A stretch of 64,000 nt of DNA from Schmidtea polychroa (Eukaryota). Made by a program: the position numbers and the translations under genes. The stretch lies in NCBI GenBank assembly GCA_044892525.1, contig CM097885.1:32800001-32864000 (forward strand), written 5' to 3'. The notes under the pieces were generated by a model. That model saw nothing but the letters and a program-made list of their open reading frames with translations, did not search any database and had not been told where the DNA came from. Shown here in pieces: positions 20,368 through 34,329 of this stretch. How positions within the stretch are numbered: position 1 is the first letter of the stretch; each line of letters starts with the position of its first letter.

Positions 20368-21340
20368 ATGGAAAAACTATAGATATTATATATTTAATAC
20401 ACACGAATTAGAGACGATCTTATGATTTAAATTATCGAATATATTGTTTATCTTACTCTTATAATCTGTAAAACATTCTGAGTACAGCAATACCAACACC
20501 AATTTAGTCTCATTGTATTTACACTCACTATTAATGTTATTTATTTCGTTATCCGATTTATACACACTAGTCCAATTACACCAAAACATTCTTAAACACG
20601 CATCTTTTGGATTCCTAATACATTTATTACCGGTTTCTTTCATCATTATTAATTAAAATGATTTTAAATATCCATTATTAATTAACAACTCACTTAATTT
20701 ATCAAAACTTCTAACTGAATTTGCAGAAGTAGAAGGTAAAGACCATGAGCAATAAATCAATCTTTTCATCATATTTCTTTAACACTTACATTCATAAAAA
20801 ACATTCATGAAAAATATGAAAACCGGTATCAGTTGGTTTTCTTTCTCCGTTTGGCATGTAAATATTATGTTTTATACAAACTATTCATTTAATGCAAAAA
20901 CGGCTTTTCACGTCTCTAATTTTCAAATATAAGAAAATTATTATATACAGTTAATAAACAATAGATATCTCAAACTGAAAGGAGATATTTTTCTTTTTCT
21001 AAGCTTGCAAAAAATGTTGATATCATCGTTAGTGGCAAAGGGAAACCAACATGAACTCCATCTATTTGTAGTGTTGGACAAAAAATTAACTTTTGAAGTA
21101 GAAAATTCAAGTTCACAAAATATTCTTCCATTCAAAAAATGATTATCGGAAATGTTTTCATTCCACCATAGAGAACATAGATCAATAGTTTCAACCAATG
21201 ATACGTTAGTTAACAGACTACAAACATCAATCGTAACAATAATCTCATCCACAATTTGTCTATTCAACTGTTCAATACAGAAAACAAATTCAAAACTGTC
21301 TCTACATTTTAATAAATATTTTAATTTTATTTCAAAAAGA
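20327..21340 (-). mobile_element. Degenerate Penelope-like element fragment (RT remnant plus downstream hammerhead remnant)
   Basis: IDVCSLLTNVSLVETIDL resembles the PLE RT motif DVxSLFTNVP; hammerhead-like sequence at 20327-20367. Confidence 0.55.
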
Positions 21341-22887
21341 AATTTTAAAAGTTGACATGTAATTGGTAAAAGTCAGAATATTCGAATATGGAAGTCAAAA
21401 AAAGAGTCGATAGATCGTGAAAAATTAGCCGATTGCAAACCCCTAAAAATAACCGACATCCAACAAATCTATTTAAAGTGTAAGTTTTACACACAAAAAT
21501 GCAATGGACGAGCCAAACTGGAGGATAATTTATTGTATGAGGCAAATGGTCATACCTGCAAGCAAGTTGACTGAAAATATTGGGATATTTTTCAAGCCAA
21601 AATTGAAATGAAAAAACGAGCAAGTACAACAGCAGATCCACTTCGTAACATCTGGAGAGATGTATTATCTCAGTCAAATCAAGAAGCGCAGGCAAATATA
21701 AACTGGCCTGGAGTTGCTCCTTCTTTAAAATATCAAAGGAGTTCACTTTTTCTACCAATACCTGGTACGGTAGAGGAGACAGTTTATGTTTTGGATAATG
21801 GTGATCATCCATTCAATTAGCTTAAACAACGGTCTGAGTTCTTTACACTAATTTTTGACAAAAAAACTCTTCACCCCCTCCCCGGTATTTAATTATAAAT
21901 ACATCTCGAATATTTACAACCTACTACAGTAATAACATCTCCCAAATAACTAACACCCTTTTAAAAAAATTGTATTATTTTTGACCCCTAAAGATTCAAC
22001 TATTTTCTAGGATTTAATATTGTCAGCTATTTTTTTGTACTAAATTTTCGACGATTTTTTCGGGTTTCAACATTTGTGATGATTTTAACCAATTGAAGCT
22101 TTTTTTCTTTGGCGAGGATTTTTTGGCTTCCATATTCGACTATTCTAACCCTCAATATGTAATTTTGTATGTAAATACATTTCAAATACTTAATATTTTA
22201 TTAAAATAGGTAAGCTTTATAGAAATCTATTAATTACTGAATTACTTATTTTTCCATATTTTTATTGGAGATAATTTTACAGAAAAAAGAAACTGAATAT
22301 TTTAAAATAAAATAAATTAAAATATCTATTGCATGCGATAGTATTGCGAGATTAGAATTTCGATAGCTTTAACAAATCTGTGATTATAAATTAAATTCAA
22401 TTTCATGGAATCATAAAATTTTGTAAAATATTAAAATAAATTCATTCTTTTGACTTAGATTAAAATTTCTAAGTTTTCGAATTTATTTCTAAGCATGTTT
22501 TTAATAAATTTTACTTCGGGGTATTTCGGTGGCAGTATTTTCATGACAATATCGCGTACCCATATGCGTTGAGTAATAGATAATTTTTACAATTTAAATA
22601 GACGTAGAATTTTCTATACGTATAGCCGTTTGTATTTTGAATCCTATATATTTTGTGACTAATGAACCGGCCTTCTCTTTGTGAATTTAAAAGTTAGCAA
22701 ATATCTGAACCTAGTTTGAAATAGTGTTTTATCACATATTGCTGGAAAAAATTCTAAATTGATTTTAATTATCTTCATTTCTCCTGTTAATCATTCAATT
22801 TTGTATCAGACTTGTGATTTGTAGGCTTGTATGTAATGCCTATTCAGATCCTCGATTAAGAACACATGACACACAGACAAAATTATA

Positions 22888-23841
22888 CACCTAATTCCGA
22901 AATTTAATAACTTCTATAATCTAAAAAAAAATCAATAAATATATATTATAGGAACACACAAACTTACCTGTGTGTAGAAATTTATTGTTCCGAAATTTAG
23001 TAACTTTATTATAGGTTTTGTGAAGGTGAGAGAAAAATAACTGAACACACCAACACAAAACACAATGAAAAATGCATGCAAAATTCTTATATAGGTTTTT
23101 GTTCCGAAATAAATAACTGTTAACATATTGTTAACATATTGTTTAAATATAATTATTTTAAAATTATTAAAAAATGCAAGAAAATACTTTTAATTTAGAT
23201 TCCGACAGCTCTACCTTGAGCTTTAGGGAAAAAGAAGAAAATACAATGTAAGTTTTATTCATTAAATTACAAAATATTAAAATATTTTATAGTATGTGTG
23301 AAGGCAGCATTTCAAATATTGAAGGTCCTTAGAGATCTTTTGATTTACAGAAAGAAAAAAGCCATCGAAAATGAGCTGCAGAAAGAAGATTACAAAAATT
23401 TAAAAAACTATTTCATTCATGTACGCCGATTTTTTCCTAAATGTCTTAAAAAAATAAATGTGTTTAGTGATTACTTTATTTATTTATAAATATAAAAATA
23501 GCTAACTTACATTTTAGCGAAATAATTCAATATTAATACATAAAATATCATAAATTTCCTAAAAACACCTGAAATTTAATTATTAATATATTTATAAATG
23601 ATAAATTATAAATGATGACTAACAGTAATATTTAAAAACTTGAATAATGATCTCATAATTATATAAAATCAAAATTCAAGTCTTAAAATATACTTGAAAT
23701 TAAAAAAATTACCTGAAAACCATTTTTAATAAATTGAATAAATGAAATTGAGTAACTTCATTTTAACGTAAATGGTGACTCACTCAACTGGTGTGCACAC
23801 CAACGTGAATTATAGAGGTTACTCAATTTCGGAATTGGGTG
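22888..23841. mobile_element. Non-autonomous TIR element (Tc1/mariner-type MITE), copy 1
   Basis: TA-CACCTAATTCCGAAATT ... AATTTCGGAATTGGGTG-TA; homologous to 28002-28828. Confidence 0.8.
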
Positions 23842-24605
23842 TATCTATTTCTTTTTATACATGTTATCATATTCTGTCTCCAGATGTTTAAATTCGTGAT
23901 ATATTCGTATGCGAGATGTAGTAGATTACTTTTACACGAAGGACAGCAACACTTGGTTTTAATTGGCTTGCACGGTATTGTGGTGAAAAGACGGTAAAAC
24001 TTTAAAATATCCAACGTCTGAGTTTTTAAACTCTGACAACCTATTTAAATATGTTTTCTTATAACCATTGCGAAATAAATATTATTAGAGTTTGTGAATA
24101 ATGATAACTTCACGTTTAGTAATATGAAAATCTTTCAATTTTCAACGAAATGTCATTGATTTCTACACATGAATGTTGATGACTTCTCGTCTGTTTGCTC
24201 CTGAATCTTTCAATTTGATCGAAACGTCACCGATCTCGCACATGTTTCTGGTCGGATAAGAAAACATAACTTTGACTTCCGATCTCAAATAATTATTCGA
24301 TTCAATAAAGTAGAGTAAGTTATTCACAGTTTGTGATTCTCCAAATTCTCGCACAATTGTCTGTGGGTTTGGTAAACGTGTTCTAAACGTGAAATTATTC
24401 GATGAAGGAGAAACGTCCACAATTTGATTCTTTGCAAATTCAATAAGATTGTTTCGATTTGATTCTTCGATCAATCTTTGATTTTCTTTTCCTATTCTCT
24501 CGTGTTCTTCTTACTTTGCCTTTCTTTTAATTTTTTGATTCTTTCTTTTTATTTCGAATTTTGTTGGTTTATTCATTTTCATGAAAGCCAGTTGATCATC
24601 TAAAG

Positions 24606-27212
24606 CAGGGGTTCCCAAACTTTTACCAGTCGAGACCCACTAATTAGACCGCAAAGTTTTCGCGACCCACCTGTAAATAAAACAAGAAAAAAGCTAAAAA
24701 TGTTGATTTACATATTTATTTAACACGCATATTTAAGAATAATTAATAGGATGAATGAGATGAATGAGCCTGCTTTCTATTTTTTGCAATAACATCTTTG
24801 ATATCTACTTTTATATTTGTTGTTATTAAGCGAAGTGAGTTTGATAGCTGTAATTTGTTGCGATATTTATTTTTTATTGCAATCATTGACGAAAATGCAA
24901 CCTCGCATAGATAAGAAGTTGTGAAAGGAAGCAATACTTTTAACGCTGCGGTGTGTAAAGTTGGATATGTGTTTTGCACCGATAACCAAAACTGTAACAA
25001 TTTCGTACCGTCAAAATGTAATTTAACAACACTATCTTCGAATAGCTCAATTAATTCCTCATCCGCTATCGTCGATATACCGGTAACTAAACCACTTTGA
25101 AATGGATTTTGAACCCATGTATATTTTTCTAGATTTTTCATTTCTCCATAGAAATAAAAATCAAAATTTTCTTTAAGTCTGTCCAAATGCTCAATTATTA
25201 AAGAAATTAAATCGTTATTGGGCGTTACTTCATTTTCAATGATAAAAGTTTGGAATGTATCAAAGCAGTCATATTTATTTTCTTGAACATTATTTTTCCA
25301 CAACATAAGTTTTTTTGTAAAAGCTTTTATTTTACCATGAACCGAAAATATATCAATTCCATTTGTTCCTTGTAATTGTAAATTTAAATCGTTCAATTTC
25401 GAAAATATATCTGCTAAATAAGTCAGCAAAACTACATATTTCACATCGCGCAAATTTGATGTGTACTCATCTTGTTTATGTTCATGTAAATATATTGCTA
25501 CTTCTTCGCGAAGTTCAACAAGTCTTGTCAGGACTTTGCCTTTCGATAGCCAGCGGACTTCTGTATGCAGCAGAAGAGATTTATGTAAACTTCCCATCTC
25601 TTCGCAGAGTTTTTGAAATAATCGTGATTGTAATGGTTTGCTCTTAATAAAATTTACAATTTTTATAGCAGTGGTCAAAACAGTATTTAGACTTTTTGGT
25701 ATATTTTTGGATACTAACGCTTCTCTATGAATAGTGCAGTGAGTCCACGTTGCATTTGGACATTTTTGAAGACAACGTGTCACAGCACCAATGTTTTTAC
25801 CACACATTGCTTTTGCACCGTCGCTACATATTCCGACGCAGTTTTTCCAATCCAGTTTTTTCAATGTTATATAAGTGTCGAGCGTATCAAAAATTATTTC
25901 ACCAGTTCCTCGAATGATTGGTTCACAAAATAATATGTCTTCAAAGAACTCGTTGCACCATATAAAACGTATGAAAATAATTAGTTGGGACAAACCTTGT
26001 ACATCGGTTGATTCATCCAGTTGCAACGCAAAAAGTCTACTAACTTGAATTCTATGGATAAGCTTATTTTCTACCCATTCGGACATTTCATCAATTCTAC
26101 GAGCAACTGTGTTATTAGAAAGTGGAATTGATTCAACTTCTTTTAAGCTCTGCTCTCCAAACATAATTCCAACAGCATCTTTTATAGCTGGAAGTACTAA
26201 TGACTCTCCAATAGTGTGCGGTTTACCGGATTGTGCAATTCGCAAACTAATGAGATACGAGGCGAACATAGCCTTTTCATTAATGCTGATGAAGCGAGAA
26301 AATAGATTTTTTGAATTATTTAATTCCTGTAATTTGGTTTTAAAATAATCAATAGGCTTATTTTTTAAATCGGAATGTTTCGTCTCAAAATGTCGTATTA
26401 ATTTGTTAGGTCGCATACTTTCATTAGCCAGAATTTCTTGACAAATAACACACTGTGGGCGTGGATCATCTTCTTTTCTATTCCATGTAAATCCAAATTT
26501 TAGATATTCAGAATCATATTTTCTTTTGCCACGTTTTGATGATTGCGAACTTGTTGAAGGATTCTCACCAAATTTTCTCTTATTATCTGTTTTTGTTGCT
26601 ACAGAACCTTCTTTTTCTTTTTCATTTTCAATTGTTTGATTTTGCCCAGGAGTCTTTTTCAACCACTTATCCATCGCAGCAATGGTTCTTTAAAAATAAG
26701 AATATTAAGAACTTTATTTATTACATGAAATACTATAGCACTAAATTTAAAAAATACTTACATTTGATTTTAAATTATGTTTTTTTATTAACGAAACACT
26801 TTTATTAACAATATATATAAACTTTTTTATTAACAACACAACACCGTACTTAGTCCAAAACAAAATTTGCACTGGTTGTCTGAATATTTAAAGTTTGTAA
26901 TCCTAAATTTCTAATTAACCGTTATTTGTGTTTGGTTGCCTGGTTAAAATGTAGAAAAGTGGTTGTTATGATGCGATTATTAAAAACAAGTTATAAATAC
27001 AAAAATTTGCTAAAAAGAAGTTTAATTTTTAAACCACCTAAAAATATGCAATAATTTTTTGTCGCAAACCTACTTATATATAAATATTGTGACAAGTTAA
27101 GTAAAAGCAAATTAATATGCTCAGTAATACAAATATTAAATTTTTGGTTAAATATTAAATTTTTGGCGACACACCGAAAATAGCTTCGCGACCCACACTT
27201 TGGGAACCGCTG
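24606..27212 (-). mobile_element. hAT transposon, Buster/Charlie group, full length
   Basis: TIRs CAGGGGTTCCCAAA / TTTGGGAACCGCTG; perfect 8-bp TSD ATCTAAAG (24598-24605 and 27213-27220) with central TA; subterminal GACCCAC repeats. Confidence 0.95.
24743..26674 (-). CDS. Buster-type hAT transposase, 643 aa, intact
   Basis: BED finger (PQCVIC...LIRHFETKH), LDESTD, SDGA, HCTIHRE, EVRWLS, YLCEVAFS. Confidence 0.95.
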   Translation of the reverse strand: MDKWLKKTPGQNQTIENEKEKEGSVATKTDNKRKFGENPSTSSQSSKRGKRKYDSEYLKFGFTWNRKEDDPRPQCVICQEILANESMRPNKLIRHFETKHSDLKNKPIDYFKTKLQELNNSKNLFSRFISINEKAMFASYLISLRIAQSGKPHTIGESLVLPAIKDAVGIMFGEQSLKEVESIPLSNNTVARRIDEMSEWVENKLIHRIQVSRLFALQLDESTDVQGLSQLIIFIRFIWCNEFFEDILFCEPIIRGTGEIIFDTLDTYITLKKLDWKNCVGICSDGAKAMCGKNIGAVTRCLQKCPNATWTHCTIHREALVSKNIPKSLNTVLTTAIKIVNFIKSKPLQSRLFQKLCEEMGSLHKSLLLHTEVRWLSKGKVLTRLVELREEVAIYLHEHKQDEYTSNLRDVKYVVLLTYLADIFSKLNDLNLQLQGTNGIDIFSVHGKIKAFTKKLMLWKNNVQENKYDCFDTFQTFIIENEVTPNNDLISLIIEHLDRLKENFDFYFYGEMKNLEKYTWVQNPFQSGLVTGISTIADEELIELFEDSVVKLHFDGTKLLQFWLSVQNTYPTLHTAALKVLLPFTTSYLCEVAFSSMIAIKNKYRNKLQLSNSLRLITTNIKVDIKDVIAKNRKQAHSSHSSY

Positions 27213-28001
27213 ATCTAAAGAATTTGCTGTTTTTATCTTCATTTTCTTTTGAATTCTTTGCCAGCATCGAATAGTTTACCGAAATCTTTTATTGAATTCT
27301 TGTTCTGCATATATGTTGAAACAAATTCGTTAGACCCTCCAATTGAACACACCAATAACATTGGTAATTTGTATGAAAATATTCCGCCATCAATAAAACT
27401 AAAAAATTCATTTTTCGTTTTATTATCAGAAATATTTATTGGTCAGATAAGCAGATATTCACAAATGATTTCATTGCAAACATTTTTCTTAAAATAAGTC
27501 TCAGATCTTTTGTTATTAAAATCAATTTTATAAATGATAAATGGCTTAAAACTTTTCAAATCATTTCCATGAGTTTGTAATATTGCTTCTTCGAAATCAC
27601 ATCCCAGCAATTCAGAAGTCACCCTTTGTTTAACATAGATATTTTTCAAAAATTTAAAGGTTTTGTAAAAAATTAAAAACATGTTACAGTTTTTCATGAT
27701 TAAAATTATCTTAATCTTAGTGTTGAAGATATCTAAATATCAAAAATATTAAATAATGTTCCAAAATGAATAAAAATAATTGTGGAAAAAGAGCTACAAT
27801 AAATTATGTCATGCTCTGAAATTCGAAAAAAATGAATGAAGGGAGAAATTTGAAAACGAAAAAGATATAGCAAAAAATTCAATGAAATCAAATAAAGAAA
27901 TGGGACAAGGTCGTTTTTAATAATAAAAAAATTTTTAAAAAAGGTGTCAGGCACTACCAACAATTAAGTGGTCGTATAACTAAAGTGTTCCCAAAGTGCT
28001 A

Positions 28002-28828
28002 CACCTAATTCCGAAATTTAGTAACTTTTATAATCTAAAAGAAAATCAATAAATTTATAGTATAGGAACACACAAACTTACCTGTGTGTAGAAATTTATT
28101 GATTCGAAATTTAATAAATTAATTATAGGATTTTTGATGGTGAGAGAAAAATAATTGAACATACCAACACAAAACACATAATGAAAAATGCATGCTAATT
28201 TATTATAGCTTTTTTTGTTCCGAAATAAATAACCATTAACATATTGTTAAAATATAATTATTTTGAAATTATTAAAAAATTATGCAGGAAAATACTTTTA
28301 ATTTAGAATCCGACAGCTCTACATTGAGATTCAGAGAAAAAGAAGAAAATACATCGTAAAATTTAATTATAAAATAATTTAAAATATAAACTCTTTAGAT
28401 TTACAGATATTTCTCAGGATACATTACCTTTTCGCGAAGGTGAAAATCTAACAATTTAAGATTTATTCATTAAATTACAAAACATTAAAATATTTTACAG
28501 TATGTGTGAAGGTAGCATTTCAAATATTGAAGAAGAAAATAAGCTGCAGAAAGAAGATTATAAAAATTTAAAAAATTATTTCATACGTGTACGCCGCTTC
28601 TTTCCTAATTGTATTAAAAAAATAAATGTCTTCGGTGATTAGTTTATTTATTTATAGTTAAAAATATATCTAACTTACAGTTACTTGAATTAAAAAAATT
28701 ACCTAATCATTTTTAAGAAATTGAATAAATGAAATTGAATAACCTCATTTTCACGTAAATGGTGACTCACCTCAACTGGTATGCACACCAACGTGAATTA
28801 TAGAGGTTACTAAATTTTGGAATTGGTG
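28002..28828. mobile_element. Non-autonomous TIR element, copy 2
   Basis: Same TIRs and TA flanks as 22888-23841, same orientation, diverged internal sequence. Confidence 0.8.
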
Positions 28829-30840
28829 TATTCCTATCGAAGTGTTGTAATAAGCACCCGAATCAGTTTGAGTTGCATTGAGTAACATGTGTCATTATAA
28901 TCTTTATAACTATTTGTGGTATTCAATAAAGTTATACTGTTTGAATTCGTTATTGTTGTTGAATAAAACACGCTCAGAGTCACATAGTTGTTATTGATTT
29001 GATAAATCGCCAAAAACTAACCCTAACATTAGCAAAATTTAAATTTTAACAACTAACTATTTCCGCAATTTAACTTATTAAATTATATATAAATTTCATT
29101 TTTTTACATACTTTCAAATATTGAGATCCACTTAAGCAATAGTTAAAGTCATAAATTTTGAAATTTACTTTAATATTTTCCATTTGTCTCTTTATTTTTA
29201 AAATAAATTTAAAAATATTAATATTGTAAATTTCTTAAAGAATTTATTTTTGTAATTTATTTAAACGAAAATTCTAAAAATAATATTTTAAACATATATC
29301 ACGAACTGTTTGCTAACCGATCAGATGAAGAATCATCGGAATTAATGACATTCTTTTTAAATCTTTGAATTGTAATAATAAAATTTAATATATAATCGTA
29401 ATGAAAATAAATTAAAAATAATTTCTTTATCCTATCTAACAACTTCTACTCTCTTAATAAAAGATGTAAATTATTCCTAATTGAAAATAATTTATAATCT
29501 CTACGTGCTGATTTATATAAATTGTACATAAAATATAAAAATCTGTGAATAAGAAATTTTAATTTGTATTCTTCTAATATTTTCTATTAATTGACATGAA
29601 TTGTTGTGCTTAAGTGACATAGAATTTAGGAAAAGTCAGAGCAAACAGCTGTTTGTCGAATTTTAGTTAATATTAAAAAAAAATTCGATTATGAAATTTT
29701 AACTTAATTTTCAACTAATATTTCAGTAAATTAAAAATAATAATAAAATTATTTTATTTTAAAATTAAATAATAAAAATCTAAACAATTTGTTTTCAATA
29801 AAATCCATTTTCATTGTTATCAGTAATTTTTATTTGTTGCTTTGAAAAGCTAAATCGTTTTGACGAATTCTTTCGAAGAACTTTCGTCATAGCCGGTAGA
29901 GAAAATCTGCGATTTACTAATTCGCTTGATTTGTCAATGTCCTAAATAAATTCTATTGTAATGAGGAAATAAATTAATTCAAAATATTTTTCTGAGCTAT
30001 CAAATTCAAAAAACCTTTTGGACATGTACAAAATATAACATGAAGAATCATATACAGATTATTTCAGAATTGTTAGTCAAAAATTCAAGAAGATATTCTG
30101 TGGTAAACAATGTGAATAAAAAAGGTCGGTAAAATATAAACAGGTAAATTTATGTTATAAAGAATGGTTCTGACTTTAATAAACATTGAATTCTTTAGGA
30201 AAAGGAATCTTAGGTATATTATAGATATATTAATACGTACCGGATTATTATGTCATTTACAACGGTGTTCATTAAAGAATTATTTTATTACAAATTTTTC
30301 GGAGTATCCATTTTGGGAAAAATATTTTGAGGTTATCTAGGATTTTGAATATATTAGTTGTTATAGATCTTTCCTATCTTATAGATCTATTTATTTTAAT
30401 TATAGAAATGTTGTTTAAATAATCAGATTTTTGTGACGATTTTACAAAATGCAGAATTGTAATGAAATAAAATTATCAAAGAAAGCAACATTGTTTAAAA
30501 TAAATTATGAAAAATCTTAAGTAAAATTTATTCATATTATTTATTAAAAAAATATTCTCTTGTGAATTTTCAATAAGGCATTTTAAAATTAAAATATATT
30601 ATTACTTCTAGAGAAAATTATATTCTTAAAGTGCTCAATTAAATCTGAAACTGAAATTAAAGAGGAAATGTAGGAATAGAATCAGAAATAATTAAAACAT
30701 TACTAACAAAATTATTGTTTTAATACAAAACATTATTTCCAGGTTATCATTCACTTGAAAAGGTTGTGCCGAAAATTCGTGAGTATAAATAAAATATCGA
30801 TATCGTTACTGATTCATAGTCAATTTTTTAATAAATACAA

Positions 30841-30841
<1 letters not shown>

Positions 30842-30922
<81 letters not shown>

Positions 30923-30930
30923 ATTATTAA
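30842..30930. repeat. (ATT)n microsatellite
   Basis: Directly visible. Confidence 0.95.
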
Positions 30931-31309
30931 TGGTTGTTGTTAAAAGCATTTAATGTATGTCAAGCATATTACTGTAATAAAGGAATTAAATTCATTCGGA
31001 ATAAATAAAAGAACTTCTTTGACGGAAGTTAAAAAATTAATAAATCAAAGAGGTTTTATTAATTGTTTCTATAAAACTATTTACAATCATAGAAAATATT
31101 TTACATTACTTAATAATTTAAAGAATGTTGCCTTTTAAACTTTACTGGATTGCATTAGATTGACATAGATTAAAGGAGAATATGTTAATTTGAAAATTCT
31201 TTAAAATATGAGACTTTCAAATTATTTATAATTTATACAAATTTATAATATTGTTGGGATTATGTAAATAGATGCAAATAAAATGTAAATATTTAAATAT
31301 TTGAATGTA

Positions 31310-31973
31310 CACCCAACTCTTTTTTTACACGGTAGATACGTTCGAACGAAAATCGTGTAAAAAAATATCGTGTAAAAAAAGACATGTTAACCACAATAAA
31401 ATTGAGGATGTGTTCTACAATTATAGAAAACCGTCTAAAATAGAAAAAGGAACCATTAGTTGTTCTAAAAACCGTGCAAAAAAATAGTAAATAAAAATAG
31501 TTTCCAAAGAAATCGCTTGTCGCTTCCGATTATTTTTCGTTGGTTTAGGCATATTATTAATCGGCTATAATAAAAATTAAAATAAAAACACTTAATAAAA
31601 AATTTTTAAATTAAAAAAAATAACATTACTAGTTTATTAAAATTTCCTTATGTAAGTAAAACTTCTTAAAAATAATAATTTTTGCAGGAAATTACCAGTT
31701 TATTAAAATTTACTTTAGTAAAATAAAATAATAACTAAAAAATTTAAAATTTAAAAAAAATAACATTACCAGTTAAAACTTCCTTATGTAAGTAAATTTT
31801 TCTAAAAAAATATTTGTCAAAATAACAATAAAAACAAAATTAAAACATAAAACATTTTTTGGAAATAGTGTAAAACCGAATATTTTGTGCAAAAAAAGAA
31901 GATTTGTTCCTTTTTTGTGGACCGTGTTATTTCAAAATCGTGTAAAAAAGACCGTGTAAAAAAGAGTTGGCTG
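31310..31973. mobile_element. pogo/Tigger-like MITE
   Basis: TA-CACCCAACTCTTTTTTACACGG ... CCGTGTAAAAAAGAGTTGGCTG-TA; repeated CGTGTAAAAAA subterminal motifs. Confidence 0.8.
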
Positions 31974-33567
31974 TATATCAATTAAAACTTTGCAAAAAAG
32001 CAAAACTAAATAAAAAATTTCAAAAATCTGAGCGTTTTAAGTCAAAAATGACTATCAGATTTATGAGTTCTATAAATCTTTTACATATGATTTATGGCGA
32101 CTCCCCTCAGAATTACATACTTATAGAAGCTAACTTTATCATTGTTTATTAAGATAAACATATAAATCATTGAATTACATTGTTGATTGTAGAATTAAAA
32201 ATGGATTTTGAATTGAAATATGTGTGCATTCATCAAGTGGTGACACACAGATTTCTACATATAATAGATTGAATTTGGAAATGGTGGATAAACAAAATAC
32301 ATTGAATATTTTTGTTAAAAACGATGAATTAGTATATTTATACAGCGAGTTTTATGTTTTTATTTCATATTTTTGATGAATAATGAGATTAGAAATTGGT
32401 TAAATGATTTTTTATATTATTTTTTTTTTGCTTTTGATATTTTCTGTATTTTCTTTAGTTATTTAAAATTTTTACATAAAAACTGACCCGATATTCCTAG
32501 AGATTAAGATACTATTGAGTGCCATATAAGAAAAAGATATTAATAAAGTTTCCGAATGATTACAATGAATTGAAAAAATTATAGTGCAACTTGGATACAA
32601 AAATGTGAAGGATAGACGTCATTATACTCATTCATTCTTATCTTTACCTAATCTTACATATAATACTAATATATTTTCTCAATTAGCTTTTAATCTTTAA
32701 AAATCATTGAAATAATAATCCTATAGAGATAATCTAAAATATAATTTAATAAATTTATCATTATTATAAACAATTAAGATTGTTACACTAAAGCTTGGTA
32801 AATATCGTACCCAAAATTTGTGGTAATAGTAAACAATTTACCTTTCATTATATTATAGCAAAAGAATTTTTATTTTCTAAAAATGATGAAAACTAAAATA
32901 ATTTTATCAATATAAATAAAATGTTAAAAGAAAACAAAACAGATCAAAGATGAATAAATAAATAAAGGATTGTACTGATAATATAAATAGGATTAAATAC
33001 AGCTATATGAAGGAAAATTATATAAAACCTTGAAAGAAATCCAAAATTACTAATTTAAAATTTATTAAATAAAGAAACATAATTTAATAGTGAAAAAACT
33101 TTTATTCACTTAATTAGCTTTCATTTCCTCTTAACAAGAAAAATTTTATAAAAATTTACAATTCATTAAAATTATTTAATTAATTAATTGTTTACAAAAC
33201 AAGGAATTAATTTTCACGCTTCTAATTCTCATAGGAAATGAAATTCATGGACAAAAAGTAATTACTATTTCTCCTGTATGACCTTTTTCCATACCTCATT
33301 AATTCTCACGGATACCTCTTCTTAATTGTTTATTGTTGATAAAATAAAAACTGTTGAATTTTTAAATGAATTTTTCTTAGAAAAATATACATTTCAAATG
33401 AAATACTTTTCAGAAAAGTTTATTGTCAATAAACATTTACGGGAAAACGTTTCACGTATAAATAATTTTATCATAAATTAAATGGCGTGAATTAATTTGT
33501 TTTAATTTTATTTTTAAAGTAATTAAATGTAACATTTAATTTTTTTATTTCGAATTATAAAATTTTT

Positions 33568-33608
33568 CACGATTAATTTCGACAGTTTTCCTGTCATCAT
33601 CAGGTGGG
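33568..33608 (-). ncRNA. Minimal type I hammerhead ribozyme
   Basis: CCCAC-CUGAUGA-U-GACAG(GAAAA)CUGUC-GAAA-UUAAUC/GUG: intact core, stem II, palindromic stem III, CAC/GUG stem I. Confidence 0.8.
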
Positions 33609-34040
33609 ATATAATACTCATTAAATAAAGGATTTTAAACAAATTTAATTATGTATAAAAAAATTTTTTTATTTTATAAAAAATATTATTTTGTAAAACT
33701 TTAACATTTAAAATTTAATTTAATAATTTAAAAATTTAAAAATTTTTTTATTAATTATTTAATTTAACACAACAATCAATACATACAATACACAAAAGCT
33801 TATTTAAAAACACTCAACACACAAGTATTTACAGCATTCTGCACATTAATTTTCGGATTCAATGATTTTATCAACAACGCCTCACAAATCACACGTTCCC
33901 AATAATTATCGAAGTTTTTTAATAAAATTTTAAAATCAGACATACCTATTTTAATCTTACAGCCCTTATTGTGCTCACCAATATGGGTCAAAGACTTCGG
34001 TCTACAATGTTCTCGAGCTCGAATACAGAGATGACGGGAA
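33568..34040 (-). mobile_element. Penelope-like element 3' end (GIY-YIG endonuclease C-terminus plus hammerhead)
   Basis: HLCIRAREH...HIGEH...FKIL...EALLIKSLNPKINVQ. Confidence 0.8.
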
Positions 34041-34329
34041 GTTATATATTGAGCTATATATTGAGCTATAAATTGTTCTAGAATGTTCCAAAGTCTTCTT
34101 AAATATTCTGTTATTTTTCAAAATGTTGTTAAGTTCTAAACACTTCTAATCTATACAAGTTTTAAATGATTTGCAGGAAAGCCACACGTATTTGTAGTAG
34201 CAGTAACAATATTAAATAAATGACGAAAAGTAATTTGATTTGCGGAGTGACCTTTTTTTTACAACCGAGAGGACTTGAACATGTTTTCAATGTTTTCTAA
34301 TAAAAGTTCATCGATTTATGACACAGGAA

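Larger units (their letters stand above)
24163..27697 (-). pseudogene. UBX-domain (FAF1/FAF2-like UAS, coiled coil, UBX) pseudogene interrupted by hAT
   Basis: UBX C-terminus FRTRLPN..IVREF...LLYFI...SYPTR...LKDSG..REVINIH; UAS-like N-terminus GCDFEEAIL...KPFIIY...NVCNEIICEYL; coding sequence rejoins across the hAT TSD; frameshifts and no introns seen. Confidence 0.65.

Noticed and set aside
21400..21830. MULE/FLYWCH transposase remnant
   Set aside because: Only weak resemblance and no clear TIRs or TSD.
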